DNA of 62,765 bases from Verrucomicrobiota bacterium (GCA_033762115.1 JANRLX010000050.1:1-62765); one strand, 5' to 3'; positions 1-10,328 are shown, numbered from the stretch's first letter. Numbers and translations are program-made. Notes: generated by a model from the sequence alone, not told the origin.

Positions 1-91
1 GGGTAAGGAGACGGTCGCGGAGGGCGTGGTGGCGTTTGAGTTCCTGGAGGAGGTCAGGAGCGAGGTTGTTGAGGGAGGTATCCTGAGTCAT
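1..91 (-). CDS. Partial hypothetical protein (MTQDTSLNNLAPDLLQELKRHHALRDRLLT...), runs off the left edge
   Basis: Open frame from ATG at 91 to the window edge; TTGACA (-35, 151-156 on minus) upstream. Confidence 0.4.
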   Translation of the reverse strand, partial: MTQDTSLNNLAPDLLQELKRHHALRDRLLT

Positions 92-293
92 AGCATTAAT
101 CTGATTTAATGTTCAATAATGCGGCGAGTAGAACACACAGAGACAACATGTGTCAACAATGAATTTAAAGATAATTTTTGGAAGTGTTTAAAGGCCGTAA
201 AGGTGATGTTTTTAATGTTGTGAGATGCATCAGTAAGGGTGGAGGTCAGGAAATGGGCTTGCTGGAGCTGCCGGAGGATGAGACGGTGCCTGT

Positions 294-1991
294 TTGATGC
301 AGCGGTGGAAAATCATAATGATTGTGGCGTGTTGCGGGTGCATGGGCATTTTTCAGAGCAGCATGGGACAGATCGCGGTGAAGGGGCGGATCCAGGATTT
401 TCGAGTGCCGACCACCGACCCGGCGGGGAAGAAGGCTCTTTTCACGGGTAAGGATGCGCGGTCCGCAGGGAATAACCTGTTCGAGATTATTTCACCTCAC
501 CTGGAGACGTTCACGGCCGGGGGAAAGCCGGACATGATAGTTGATTCGCCGAGGAGTTTTTACGACCAGCAACGGAACGATGCGTATTCAGATGCTGAAC
601 TGACAGTCCGGTCTGCGGATGGGAAATTTTCGATTCAAGGGCGGGGGTGGCAATGGTCCTCGGCGCGATCCATATTGACGATTTCAAATGCGGTGGAGGG
701 AGTGATTCGCCGGTCAGCGTTGAATGACGCGGCATTGGTGGGCTCAGGAAAGAGCAACCAGCTGGTGACCATCCGGGCGGACAGGCTCGAGTATCATCCT
801 GAAAAGGCGATTTTTTCCGGCACGGTGCGGGTGGTGGATGAGCAGGGGACGCTGGAAGCGGAAATTTTGACGGCGGTGATGGAACCGGAAGCGAGCGGAA
901 TCCGGGAATTGATCGCGGAGGAGAAGGTGGCGCTGGCGCAGGGAGACCGGGAAGCGCGGAGCGGCCGGGCAGTTTACACCTTGTCCGACCGTGTGCTGCG
1001 GTTGACGGAGAAACCGACCTGGCAACTGGGGGAGCGTTTTGGGAGCTGCGAGATATTGATCCTGGAGCAGACCAACAACCTGTTTCGGGCGGAACAGAAT
1101 GTTTACATGCGATTGCCGGTGAAGGAAGTGATCACGAATTCGGTGATGCGAGCTGGCGAAGGGAGGGGGGAGCAGTTTCTGGAGGTGAATGCTGATCGAT
1201 TTGAATTTCGTGATTTGAAAACGAGGAGCATTGCGATTTATGAGGGGAATGTGGCCGCGCGGGAATTGAACCGACGGCTGGAATGTGAACTGCTGACGCT
1301 GCATTTCATGGCGAGCAATCGATTATCGCAAATTGTCGCAGAGAAAGGGGTTTCGCTGTGGCAGGGAGAGGACCATGCGATGGGAGAGAGGGCGGTTTAC
1401 GACTTTGGGGATGGGCGGATTGAGTTGATCGGCAATCCGAAATGGGAAATGCGCAATGTGCAAGGGCGAAGCGAAACATTGGTGATGTGGTCGAAGGAGG
1501 AGCGGATCGAAGCGGGAGGGAAGGTTGAAATGATCCTGCAGGGGCGGAACTCATTGCCTTTTGATTTGCTTCCGAACGGCAATACCAACCGGACTCGGAC
1601 AACGACGGATTCGCCGATCCATGTCCGATCAGCGCGCTTTGTTCAATCGGGGAAATTGTTCGAATTTTTTGAGAATGTGCGGGTGAATGATGCGCGGGGG
1701 CAGATCGATTGCGCGAGCCTGAGTGTGCAAACAGGAGCGAGCAACCAGGTGGAGCGGGTGGTGGCGGAAGGGGATGTGATCGTGACGCAGGAGAATTCGC
1801 AGGTGATCGGGCAGCGGGCGGTGTATTCGGCAGGTGAAGGAGAGGTGGTCATTACGGGATCGCCAAAAATCATGACCCCGGATCGGGAAGTGATCGCGCC
1901 CCGATTTGTGCTCAATCGGACGTCAGGCCGATTCAGGTTTGATGCGCCTTACCGCATCACGATGCGCCGGGCCTCCTCCAGGAAAGAGTGA
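294..1991 (+). CDS. LptC/LptA (OstA-like) LPS transport periplasmic protein with tandem beta-jellyroll repeats
   Basis: N-terminal signal/anchor; three LptA-like repeats (IxAD..., A-F/Y-xGxV, G.RAVY, L.G.P) after an LptC-like segment. Confidence 0.75.
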   Translation: MMQRWKIIMIVACCGCMGIFQSSMGQIAVKGRIQDFRVPTTDPAGKKALFTGKDARSAGNNLFEIISPHLETFTAGGKPDMIVDSPRSFYDQQRNDAYSDAELTVRSADGKFSIQGRGWQWSSARSILTISNAVEGVIRRSALNDAALVGSGKSNQLVTIRADRLEYHPEKAIFSGTVRVVDEQGTLEAEILTAVMEPEASGIRELIAEEKVALAQGDREARSGRAVYTLSDRVLRLTEKPTWQLGERFGSCEILILEQTNNLFRAEQNVYMRLPVKEVITNSVMRAGEGRGEQFLEVNADRFEFRDLKTRSIAIYEGNVAARELNRRLECELLTLHFMASNRLSQIVAEKGVSLWQGEDHAMGERAVYDFGDGRIELIGNPKWEMRNVQGRSETLVMWSKEERIEAGGKVEMILQGRNSLPFDLLPNGNTNRTRTTTDSPIHVRSARFVQSGKLFEFFENVRVNDARGQIDCASLSVQTGASNQVERVVAEGDVIVTQENSQVIGQRAVYSAGEGEVVITGSPKIMTPDREVIAPRFVLNRTSGRFRFDAPYRITMRRASSRKE

Positions 1992-1992
1992 C

Positions 1993-3522
1993 TTACCTGG
2001 ATTGTTTTCGTTGGCTGTAGTCAAGCAGCGCCCGGTACTTTGGGGCTTCGGCAAGAGGCTGCTCCTGGTACTCCAATGCGCCCCAGCAACCCCATTTACT
2101 CGGCTGGGCAACGTTGCTGAAGGCAACGAACAGGTCGCCTCCGGCAGCGTACCAATGCTCGAGGTGTTGCTGATAAATTCGCTTCATGTGCGGATGACGA
2201 TTAACGGCGGTAAACAATCGAGTGAGCGCTTCATTGTTTTCAGCGCCCTGAATCCCGACGAGATGCTGGCCACCTTCATAAGCCAAAAGTTTGACCTGAT
2301 ACTTACGCGCCACGGCGGCTTGTTTTTCTATTTCTGCCTTGTTCCTGCCATTCACCTCAGCCAGCAGTTCGGCAGCCAGTTGCTCTGCGGAGAGTGCCAA
2401 TGTTTGCTGAAGGTGTTTAGGCTCGCCGTGTGAATGCCCAAAGTACGGGGCTATGGCAAGAGCGTCACATTCCTTGAATGCATCCTGGTATGTAAGAACC
2501 TGCTCGCTGGCCCAGGGATTTGCAGCGTGCGAAGCCATGACTCTGACGAGACGTTTTCGCGCATCCGGCCCAAACACTTCCGACCAGAGACGAAAAATTT
2601 CAAGACTCCGCCTGGAATGGTAGAAGAGCTGGGCCTGATAAGCGTTTGAGCTGAGGTTCATCTCTTTTCCCTTTTGTGCAGCGTAGCGGGCCTGCCCGAA
2701 CTGCATGTTCCAGACTTCATTGGAATGTTCGATATAGATGATGAGGTTTGGATCCAGCTGGGATTTGACAAGGGTTGCGAATTGCCGAACGAAATGATCG
2801 TCCGCCAGATGGGGCATGCAAAACCAGGGGTTGGCCTTTAACCTGTTTGCCAGTTCAACCATGATTTCGATGGGGGCCCCGGCGTCTCCGGACCAGCGGG
2901 CATCGGAGAGCTGTGCCCGTTCTGCCCAGGTTTTGACAGGGCTATCATTCATTCTCTGGAAATCCATGAACCGAATTGTCCCGAAAGGTTTGAGTCGTTC
3001 AATGAATGCAGGATTGAAAGGGGATTTTGAATGTTCCAACCCGGGGAGGCTGACGACGATATCCCGAATGGGATCGGCGGGATCTGTTTGGAGGATAGTG
3101 AGCAGGAGACTGGGACCAGGTTTCACCCGCGCTTCAATACGTCCCGATGTTTCTGTAATGACTTGGTCAACGGAGAAGCGGCGCATTTCGACACGGCCTT
3201 TTCCCTTGTATGTGGCAGTATAAACGCCCGCAGGATAATGCCCGCCTTCAATGGTGAGCATGAAATAATCAAGAGATTGCCCGGATTTCAGCAGTGGATA
3301 GCCATTGGTGGTAAGTGGAATGGCGCGGAGTTCCGCTTCATCTTTCATCCAGGGCCGGGCGGTTTTGAAGACATTGGCGAAAGGAATTTGCGATTGAAAA
3401 TCGATGATTCCTGCCAGGTTCATCCCGATTTTTTGCCGGTTCGGAAACTCCTCCGCAAAGAGCCGCTCAACAGATATTCCGAGCAGGAGAATGATCCATG
3501 GAGCAGAGAAGAATTTGATCAT
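1993..3522 (-). CDS. Secreted putative glycoside hydrolase ('cellulose-binding domain protein' family)
   Basis: Signal peptide; RFMDF, PWFCMPH, EHSNEVWN and AYEGGQH motifs. Confidence 0.6.
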   Translation of the reverse strand: MIKFFSAPWIILLLGISVERLFAEEFPNRQKIGMNLAGIIDFQSQIPFANVFKTARPWMKDEAELRAIPLTTNGYPLLKSGQSLDYFMLTIEGGHYPAGVYTATYKGKGRVEMRRFSVDQVITETSGRIEARVKPGPSLLLTILQTDPADPIRDIVVSLPGLEHSKSPFNPAFIERLKPFGTIRFMDFQRMNDSPVKTWAERAQLSDARWSGDAGAPIEIMVELANRLKANPWFCMPHLADDHFVRQFATLVKSQLDPNLIIYIEHSNEVWNMQFGQARYAAQKGKEMNLSSNAYQAQLFYHSRRSLEIFRLWSEVFGPDARKRLVRVMASHAANPWASEQVLTYQDAFKECDALAIAPYFGHSHGEPKHLQQTLALSAEQLAAELLAEVNGRNKAEIEKQAAVARKYQVKLLAYEGGQHLVGIQGAENNEALTRLFTAVNRHPHMKRIYQQHLEHWYAAGGDLFVAFSNVAQPSKWGCWGALEYQEQPLAEAPKYRALLDYSQRKQSR

Positions 3523-3609
3523 ACAAATTTGAAGAGGGTGGAAGCAGCTTCCAGATCAACGGGATTGTGCGTCTTTCTGTCCTGACTCCTGGCGAACTTC
3601 CGCAGGAGC

Positions 3610-3972
3610 TTAAATTGCAACGATGGATTTGAATCCGCCGTAAGCCATGCGCCTGTAATCAAAGGGCATTGAGTCCTTATCCCCCATTTTCGCAATGCGG
3701 GGGTCTTTCATGACATTTGCATTCACGCGGTCGCGGTCCTTGCGGGATTTAAAAACGATGTAGGCGAAGATGACGAGTTCGTCGGGCTTGACCTTGATGG
3801 TCTGGGTGAAAGGGACCATTTCCTTGATGTCGAGATCATCGCCCACGCATTCGCGATAATCGAGGGCGCCATGCTCACGCCAGATTCTCCCGGCTTTTTT
3901 TGCGAGACGGCGATAGGCATTGAGATTTTTTCTCGGCACGGGCAGGAGAAATCCATCTACATATTGCGGCAT
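3610..3972 (-). CDS. DUF1428 (YbaA-like) protein
   Basis: YVDGF..PVP, ECVGDD, MPFD..RM.YGGF motifs. Confidence 0.9.
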   Translation of the reverse strand: MPQYVDGFLLPVPRKNLNAYRRLAKKAGRIWREHGALDYRECVGDDLDIKEMVPFTQTIKVKPDELVIFAYIVFKSRKDRDRVNANVMKDPRIAKMGDKDSMPFDYRRMAYGGFKSIVAI

Positions 3973-4113
3973 AGTTTATCGATCCTTTCGAGGGGGATGA
4001 TTCCTGTTCCGGGCGATTCAGTAAAGCACAAGGAATGATGCTGTTTGGATGAGGAAAGGGGGAAGGTTGGGGAAAACTTGTGATAACGGGTGGATTTTGG
4101 GAGAATCCGCCGG

Positions 4114-4617
4114 ATGCGGACAGCGATTTACCCGGGAAGTTTTGATCCAATCACAAACGGCCACCTGGATGTGATTCATCGGGCAGCGAAGCTGTTCGAC
4201 AAGGTCATTGTTGCGGTGGCGCAGAATGACGCGAAAATCCCGCTCTTCACGTTGATGCAACGGCGTGAACTGGCACGGGTGGCAGTTTCCCATTTGAAGA
4301 ATGTGGAAGTGGGAATTTTTACGGGTCTGCTGGTGAACTATGTTGAAGAATGCAAAGGGGATGCGATTGTACGAGGACTCCGCGCCGTATCGGATTTCGA
4401 GTTTGAATTTCAGTTGGCGTTGATGAACCGGAAGCTGAATGAACGGATTGAAACGATTTTCATGATGCCGAAGGATACCTATACGTTTTTGAGTTCAAGA
4501 ATGGTGAAGGAAATCGCGCGGTTGGGAGGAAATGTGAGTGGATTTGTGCCTGGACATGTCGAACAAGCGTTGATGGATGCGTTTCGTGATCCACGGGAGC
4601 GATCCACCACGATCTGA
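4114..4617 (+). CDS. coaD: Phosphopantetheine adenylyltransferase
   Basis: YPGSFDPITNGHLD, RGLRAVSDFEFE; start trimmed to MRTAIYPG. Confidence 0.97.
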   Translation: MRTAIYPGSFDPITNGHLDVIHRAAKLFDKVIVAVAQNDAKIPLFTLMQRRELARVAVSHLKNVEVGIFTGLLVNYVEECKGDAIVRGLRAVSDFEFEFQLALMNRKLNERIETIFMMPKDTYTFLSSRMVKEIARLGGNVSGFVPGHVEQALMDAFRDPRERSTTI

Positions 4618-4629
4618 GAGGAAAAGATT

Positions 4630-5127
4630 ATGGCAGTTAACGTTAACCTTCGGCATCTGGAGGAGAAGGTCATTGATTTGCAGGGTGAATTGTCGCCGAA
4701 AGAACTGGATTTCGATGATTTGGGGGATGAGATGGTAAAGGTAACCGAGCCGTTGAAGTATGACCTGACCGTGGAGCGCTCCTATCCGAATTTGCTGGTG
4801 CAGGGGGAGTTAAGGGTGGACCTGGATTGCACGTGTGTACGGTGCCTGCGCCCGTTCACGTATCATGTAGAGCTTGACCCGTGGGATTGTTTTGTCCCGC
4901 TGGAGGGGGAGGAGGCAGCTGTGGTAAATGATGATTGCGTGGACTTGACTCCGTATCTGCGGGAGGATACTTTACTCGCCTTTCCGCAACATCCGTTGTG
5001 TGCAGCGGATTGCGCCGGGTTGCAATCACAGTTGAAAGAGAAGAGTAAAAAGCAACCGGGCGGAACTGATCAGGACTCTGGTAAGATATCTCCCTGGACA
5101 GAACTGGATAAGTTAAAATTGAAATGA
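4630..5127 (+). CDS. yceD: DUF177/YceD family protein
   Basis: CxRCL and PLCxxxCxGL motifs, D/SPW tail, directly upstream of rpmF. Confidence 0.9.
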   Translation: MAVNVNLRHLEEKVIDLQGELSPKELDFDDLGDEMVKVTEPLKYDLTVERSYPNLLVQGELRVDLDCTCVRCLRPFTYHVELDPWDCFVPLEGEEAAVVNDDCVDLTPYLREDTLLAFPQHPLCAADCAGLQSQLKEKSKKQPGGTDQDSGKISPWTELDKLKLK

Positions 5128-5131
5128 TTTT

Positions 5132-5320
5132 ATGGGCGTACCTAAACGTAAACCATCTCGAAGCCGGCAGCGTATGCGCCGCGCTTATAACAGCGTGCTG
5201 ACATTGCCGCAATTGAGCACCTGTCCGCAATGCGCTGCGCCGTTCCTGCCGCACCGCGTGTGCCCTGCGTGCGGTTTTTACAAAGGTCGCCAGGTATTGA
5301 CGGTCGAGGCAATCGGTTAA
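5132..5320 (+). CDS. rpmF: 50S ribosomal protein L32 (zinc-binding type)
   Basis: MGVPKRKPSRSR, CxxC...PHRVCxxCGFYKGR. Confidence 0.97.
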   Translation: MGVPKRKPSRSRQRMRRAYNSVLTLPQLSTCPQCAAPFLPHRVCPACGFYKGRQVLTVEAIG

Positions 5321-5370
5321 GCTTTCCCGAAAGAGCGCGGCAGGTATTCACCTCTGCGCTCTTTCTATTT

Positions 5371-6390
5371 ATGCGCATCGTTGTGGATGTCATGGGAGGC
5401 GACCACGGCTGCGAAGTAGTGGTTCACGGAGCCAAACTCGCCCTCGACAACTACACAGACATTTCTGAACTCTATCTGGTCGGCAACCAGGCCGAAATAG
5501 AGTCGGCCTGCCAGCGGGTATCACTTAAAGATGGCCGGGTGCAGGTGGTCCATGCGACGCAGGTGGTCACGATGGAGGACAAGCCTGTTGATGCGTTGCG
5601 GAAGAAAAAGGATTCCTCGATCTTGCGGGCGGTTGATTTATTGAAGGAGGGGAAAGCGGAAGCTTTGGTCTCTCCGGGGAACACGGGCGGGATCGTTGCG
5701 GCAAGCGCGATCCGGCTGCGAACGCTGGAGGGGGTGGACCGGCCAGCCCTGGCAGCGGTGATGCCTTCCAGCAATGGTGAATTTGTCCTGATCGACGCGG
5801 GCGCCAATCCGGATTGCAAGGCGATCCATTTCGCGCAATTTGCCATCATGGGTTCGATCTATTCCAGGGAGATTCTGAAGAAGCCCAACCCGCGGGTGGG
5901 GATTCTCAGTAATGGAACAGAAGAGATCAAGGGAACGGAACTGACGCGGGAAGCTTTGAAACTTTGCGAGCAATTGAATTTGGAATTTATCGGCTACGTG
6001 GAGGGGCACCAGTTGTTCAAGGATGAGGTGGATGTGGTGGTGACGGATGGGTTCGTGGGGAATATTGTTTTAAAATCGTGCGAGAGCCTGGCCAAGGGAA
6101 TTTTTGGACTCCTGAAAAGCGAGTTGACCGCCAACCCGATTCGAAAACTCGGGGCCATGCTGGCGCAGGGCGGTTTCAGGACACTTAAAAGGCGGATGGA
6201 CCCGGAAGTTTATGGTGGCGCACCGTTGCTGGGAGTCAATGGGATCGTCATCAAGGCGCATGGATCAGCCCGTGAGCGGGCGGTGATGAACGCCATTCGA
6301 GTGGCCCGGGAGACGATCCAGCACAAGCTCAATTTTCAGATCACGCAGGATATTGCCGCTGTCAATCGATTGGTGGCGGCCCAACCATGA
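5371..6390 (+). CDS. plsX: Phosphate acyltransferase PlsX
   Basis: MRIVVDVMGGD, GNTG, DAGAN, TDGFVGN, YGGAPLLG, KAHGS. Confidence 0.96.
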   Translation: MRIVVDVMGGDHGCEVVVHGAKLALDNYTDISELYLVGNQAEIESACQRVSLKDGRVQVVHATQVVTMEDKPVDALRKKKDSSILRAVDLLKEGKAEALVSPGNTGGIVAASAIRLRTLEGVDRPALAAVMPSSNGEFVLIDAGANPDCKAIHFAQFAIMGSIYSREILKKPNPRVGILSNGTEEIKGTELTREALKLCEQLNLEFIGYVEGHQLFKDEVDVVVTDGFVGNIVLKSCESLAKGIFGLLKSELTANPIRKLGAMLAQGGFRTLKRRMDPEVYGGAPLLGVNGIVIKAHGSARERAVMNAIRVARETIQHKLNFQITQDIAAVNRLVAAQP

Positions 6391-7418
6391 CGTCCAAACC
6401 TAAATTCAAAAATCCACGGGACAAGGAAGGCTTCAAGGGGCGCACCTGTTCTGTGGCGGCAGTGGGCTCTTACGTCCCTGAAACCATCCTCACGAATGCT
6501 GACCTGGAGAAGATGGTGGAGACGAGCGATGAATGGATTCGCAGCCGCACCGGAATCCAGGAACGGCGTGTGGCAGGGAAGGAGGAGTTCACTTCTGACA
6601 TGGCTGCGAAAGCGGCGCTGCTGGCGATGGAGCGGGCAAATGTGCGGCCTGAGGAGATTGACCTGATCATCGTGGCGACGATCACTCCCGACACGTTGTT
6701 TCCTTCGACAGCGTGCCTGGTGCAACGGCGGATTGGCGCGTTTCGGGCGGCGGCGTTCGATATTGAAGCGGCGTGCTCAGGATTTATCTTCGCCCTGGAA
6801 ATCGGCCAGCAATTCATCATGTCTCACACCTACGACACGGTGCTGGTGATCGGGGCGGAAAAACTTTCTTCCATCATCAACTGGAAGGACCGGAACACCT
6901 GCGTTTTGTTTGGGGATGGGGCGGGAGCGGCGATCCTGCGAAACCGGGCGGAAGCGCATGGTTTGCTGACGGCCTGCATGGGATCGGATGGGAGCAAAGC
7001 TGATTTGCTGGCGATGCCGGGCGGCGGGAGCAAATGCCCGGCGACGCTGGAATCAGTCTCCGCAGGACTGCATTTTCTGAGGATGGATGGGAAAGAGACT
7101 TTTAAAAACGCGGTGAACGCGATGTGGACGGCTGCGCAGGAGGCACTGCGCCGTTGCGAGCTGGATATTTCCCAGATCACCTGCGTGATTCCGCACCAGG
7201 CGAACCAGCGGATCATTGATGCGGTGGCAGAACGGCTCGGGGCGACCCCGGAACAGGTATTCGTGAACCTGCACAAGTACGGAAATACGTCGGCGGCGTC
7301 TGTGGCGATTGCGCTGGATGAAGCGGTGCAGACGGGGAGGATCAAGCGGGGGGATTTGATTTTGCTGGTGGTATTTGGGGCCGGGTTGACCTGGGGCGCG
7401 GCTGTGATCGAGTGGTGA
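6387..7418 (+). CDS. fabH: 3-oxoacyl-ACP synthase III
   Basis: AACSGF (Cys), PHQAN (His), GNTSAAS (Asn), GAGLTWG. Confidence 0.97.
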   Translation: MTSKPKFKNPRDKEGFKGRTCSVAAVGSYVPETILTNADLEKMVETSDEWIRSRTGIQERRVAGKEEFTSDMAAKAALLAMERANVRPEEIDLIIVATITPDTLFPSTACLVQRRIGAFRAAAFDIEAACSGFIFALEIGQQFIMSHTYDTVLVIGAEKLSSIINWKDRNTCVLFGDGAGAAILRNRAEAHGLLTACMGSDGSKADLLAMPGGGSKCPATLESVSAGLHFLRMDGKETFKNAVNAMWTAAQEALRRCELDISQITCVIPHQANQRIIDAVAERLGATPEQVFVNLHKYGNTSAASVAIALDEAVQTGRIKRGDLILLVVFGAGLTWGAAVIEW

Positions 7419-7469
7419 GGGGCGAACGGGTGGGATTCGGGCCTTGATGGCGGCGGGCAGGGGTGTCAG

Positions 7470-7499
7470 TTGACACCGGTTGCGGGGGGTTGTTAGGTT
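7470..7499 (+). promoter_or_regulatory. Putative sigma70 promoter of ileS
   Basis: TTGACA-17 nt-TAGGTT about 11 nt upstream of ATG 7511. Confidence 0.55.
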
Positions 7500-7510
7500 G
7501 CGCGGTTCAA

Positions 7511-10315
7511 ATGGATTATAAAGATACACTGAACCTGCCCCGGACCGAATTCCCGATGAAGGCGGATCTTGTCGCCCGGGAACCGGAACGCCTCAAGAGA
7601 TGGGAGGAGGCCGGGTTGTACTTCCAGATCCAGGAAGCACGAAAGGCAGGGCGAAAGTTCATTCTTCATGATGGTCCCCCGTTCGCGAACGGCGATGTGC
7701 ATATCGGCACGGCGCTGAATAAAATCCTCAAGGATATCATTATCCGCCATCGAAGCTTGAAGGGTGAGAGCGCGCCGTATGTGCCGGGCTGGGATTGCCA
7801 CGGCCTGCCGATTGAATTCAAGGTCAGCCAGGAGATGCGAAAGGCGGGGGACACGAGCAGCGATCCGGGAGCGATCCGAAAAGCGTGTGATGCGTATGCG
7901 CGGAGGTACATCGATTTGCAACGGGGCCAGTTCAAGCGGCTGGGGGTGTTGGGGGATTGGGAAAATCCGTACCTGACATTGAACAAGGAGTATGAGGCGG
8001 ATGAGCTTCAGTTGTTCGCGGACATCGTGGACAAGGGATTTGTTTACCGTGGAAAGAAACCGGTTTACTGGAGCATTCCATGCCGCACAGCGCTGGCTGA
8101 GGCGGAGGTGGAGTATCACGAGCATGTCAGCCAAAGCATTTACGTGAAATTTCCGGTGGTCGGGCATCCGGGCACCTCGATCCTGATCTGGACAACGACT
8201 CCGTGGACATTGCCGGCAAACATGGCAGTGGCTTACAATAAAACATTTTCCTATTCACTGGTTCGCGTGGGTGAGGAGAGTTATATCCTCTCGACTGCGT
8301 TGCTGGGCACAGTTTCCAGCAAAGCGGGATGGGAAGGGTACGAGATCATTCGGAGCCTGGATGGGGAGCATGTTTCACAAATTGAGTACCAGCATCCGTT
8401 TTGCAAGCGGACTGGAAAATTGTTTGCGGCTGATTTCGTCGAGAACAGCAGCGGCACCGGTTTTGTTCATATCGCGCCCGGCCATGGCCTGGATGACTAC
8501 CTGCTGGGGCGACAGAATGGGTTGCCGATTTATTCGCCGGTGAATGATGATGGAGCGCTGGCGATCACCACTGATCTGCCGGTGGAGCAGCAGATGCCTG
8601 GGGAGATGGTGGGGAAATCGATCCTGGAAAAGCATGGCAAATCTGACGCGAATGAAGCGGTGCTTCATGAATTGCGGGTGCGCCATGCGTTGCTTCACCA
8701 GGAGAATTATCATCACAGCTATCCTTTCTGCTGGAGAAGCAAAACGCCGGTGATTTTCCGGGCGATGGATCAATGGTTTATCCGGATTGATCATAACGAA
8801 TTTCGGTCACGGGCACTGGAAGCGATCAACGAGGTGGGCTGGGTGCCGGAGTGGGGAAAAAATCGAATTGAAGGGGCGGTGAAATCACGACCGGACTGGT
8901 GTATCTCGCGGCAACGGACGTGGGGAGTGCCGATCCCGGCGTTTTACAGCGCGGAAGGGGAACCGATCCTTGATGGAGCAATCGTAAGAAATGCAGCCGA
9001 ACTGTTTCGCCAGCATGGTTCGAATGTCTGGTTCGAAAAAAGCGCGGCCGACCTGTGGAAAGAGTTGCGTCCATCCAGCTGGAACGGCGCGGAAGCGGTT
9101 TCGAAGTCAGGGGACACGCTGGATGTGTGGATTGATTCAGGTTCCTCATCGCGAGCGGTGCTGATGCAACGGAAGGAGCTTGGCCATCCGGAAGCAGGTC
9201 CAAGCGATGTGGACCGCTGGCAGGCGGATGTGTACCTGGAAGGAAGCGATCAGCATCGCGGCTGGTTTCAGTCTTCACTGTTGCTTTCACTGGCTGGCAA
9301 CGGCGCGCCTCCGTACAAGACGGTGTTGACGCACGGATTCATGGTGGATGCGGACCGTGAGAAAATTTCGAAATCGAAGCAGGGCGGTTATGAAAAACCG
9401 CAGACAGCTGAAGCGTACGTGAAACGGTACGGTGCAGATGTGGTGCGGCTATGGGTGGCGTCCCAGGATTATCGAAACGATATCGTGGTGAGCGAGGAAC
9501 GAATTGCCAAAGTGGGTGAAGCGTACCGGTTGATCCGGAATACGCTGCGGTATCAGCTTTCAAATTTATACGATTTCGATCCGGTAAAGCATGGGGTGAA
9601 AGAGGGTGATCTCACCGGGCTGGATCGCTGGATCTTGGGAGTGTTCGGTGAACTGGAGCAACAGGTGGAAAGCGCGTATGCGGCGTATGAATTTCATGTG
9701 GTTTATCAAAAGGTAAGCCAGTTTGCCGCGGTGGAGCTTTCGGCAGTGTATCATGATATTGTGAAAGACCGGTTGTATACTGACCCGGCCAATTCCCCGC
9801 GGCGGCGCTCGACGCAGACCACTTTGTACCAGATCGCGGAACGACTCTCGCAGTTATTGTCGCCGATCCTTGTTTTTACGACGGATGAAGCCTGGGATTT
9901 CCTGCCGGATCGAAAGGAGAAGGCTGTTCATTTGAGCCAGTGGAGTCCGCTGGGGTTCAGGAGCGGCGCTGAAGAGAAAGCGCGGTGGGAGAAATTATTC
10001 AGCATCCGAGAAGCGGCTTTGCCACACCTGGAAAAGGCACGACAGAACAAGCTGATTGGAAAATCACTTGAAGCCAGAGTGACGATGACAATCCCATCGA
10101 ATGAAATGGCGGCCTTGCAGGAATGCGCGGAGGATTTACGGGAGTTGTTGAATGTTTCTCAGATTGAATTAAAGAGCGGCAGCGAAATTTCCTTTGAGAT
10201 TGTAGGGGCCAATGGAGAGAAATGTGAACGGTGCTGGCATTTTGAACCGGAAGTCGGGCAGCACAGCACTCATCCCACGCTTTGCAACCGCTGCATCCGG
10301 GCAGTCGAGGTCTAG
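7511..10315 (+). CDS. ileS: Isoleucine--tRNA ligase (type 1)
   Basis: HDGPPFANG, PGWDCHGLP, WTTTPWTLP, DWCISRQR, EGSDQHRGWF, C-terminal CERCW..CNRC zinc finger. Confidence 0.97.
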   Translation: MDYKDTLNLPRTEFPMKADLVAREPERLKRWEEAGLYFQIQEARKAGRKFILHDGPPFANGDVHIGTALNKILKDIIIRHRSLKGESAPYVPGWDCHGLPIEFKVSQEMRKAGDTSSDPGAIRKACDAYARRYIDLQRGQFKRLGVLGDWENPYLTLNKEYEADELQLFADIVDKGFVYRGKKPVYWSIPCRTALAEAEVEYHEHVSQSIYVKFPVVGHPGTSILIWTTTPWTLPANMAVAYNKTFSYSLVRVGEESYILSTALLGTVSSKAGWEGYEIIRSLDGEHVSQIEYQHPFCKRTGKLFAADFVENSSGTGFVHIAPGHGLDDYLLGRQNGLPIYSPVNDDGALAITTDLPVEQQMPGEMVGKSILEKHGKSDANEAVLHELRVRHALLHQENYHHSYPFCWRSKTPVIFRAMDQWFIRIDHNEFRSRALEAINEVGWVPEWGKNRIEGAVKSRPDWCISRQRTWGVPIPAFYSAEGEPILDGAIVRNAAELFRQHGSNVWFEKSAADLWKELRPSSWNGAEAVSKSGDTLDVWIDSGSSSRAVLMQRKELGHPEAGPSDVDRWQADVYLEGSDQHRGWFQSSLLLSLAGNGAPPYKTVLTHGFMVDADREKISKSKQGGYEKPQTAEAYVKRYGADVVRLWVASQDYRNDIVVSEERIAKVGEAYRLIRNTLRYQLSNLYDFDPVKHGVKEGDLTGLDRWILGVFGELEQQVESAYAAYEFHVVYQKVSQFAAVELSAVYHDIVKDRLYTDPANSPRRRSTQTTLYQIAERLSQLLSPILVFTTDEAWDFLPDRKEKAVHLSQWSPLGFRSGAEEKARWEKLFSIREAALPHLEKARQNKLIGKSLEARVTMTIPSNEMAALQECAEDLRELLNVSQIELKSGSEISFEIVGANGEKCERCWHFEPEVGQHSTHPTLCNRCIRAVEV

Positions 10316-10328
10316 AAGCCATCAAAAT

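Noticed and set aside
7493..8167. Long antisense and alternate-frame ORFs (also 744-1304, 47496-48125, 56440-57150)
   Set aside because: Shadow ORFs overlapping well-supported genes, with no recognisable motifs.
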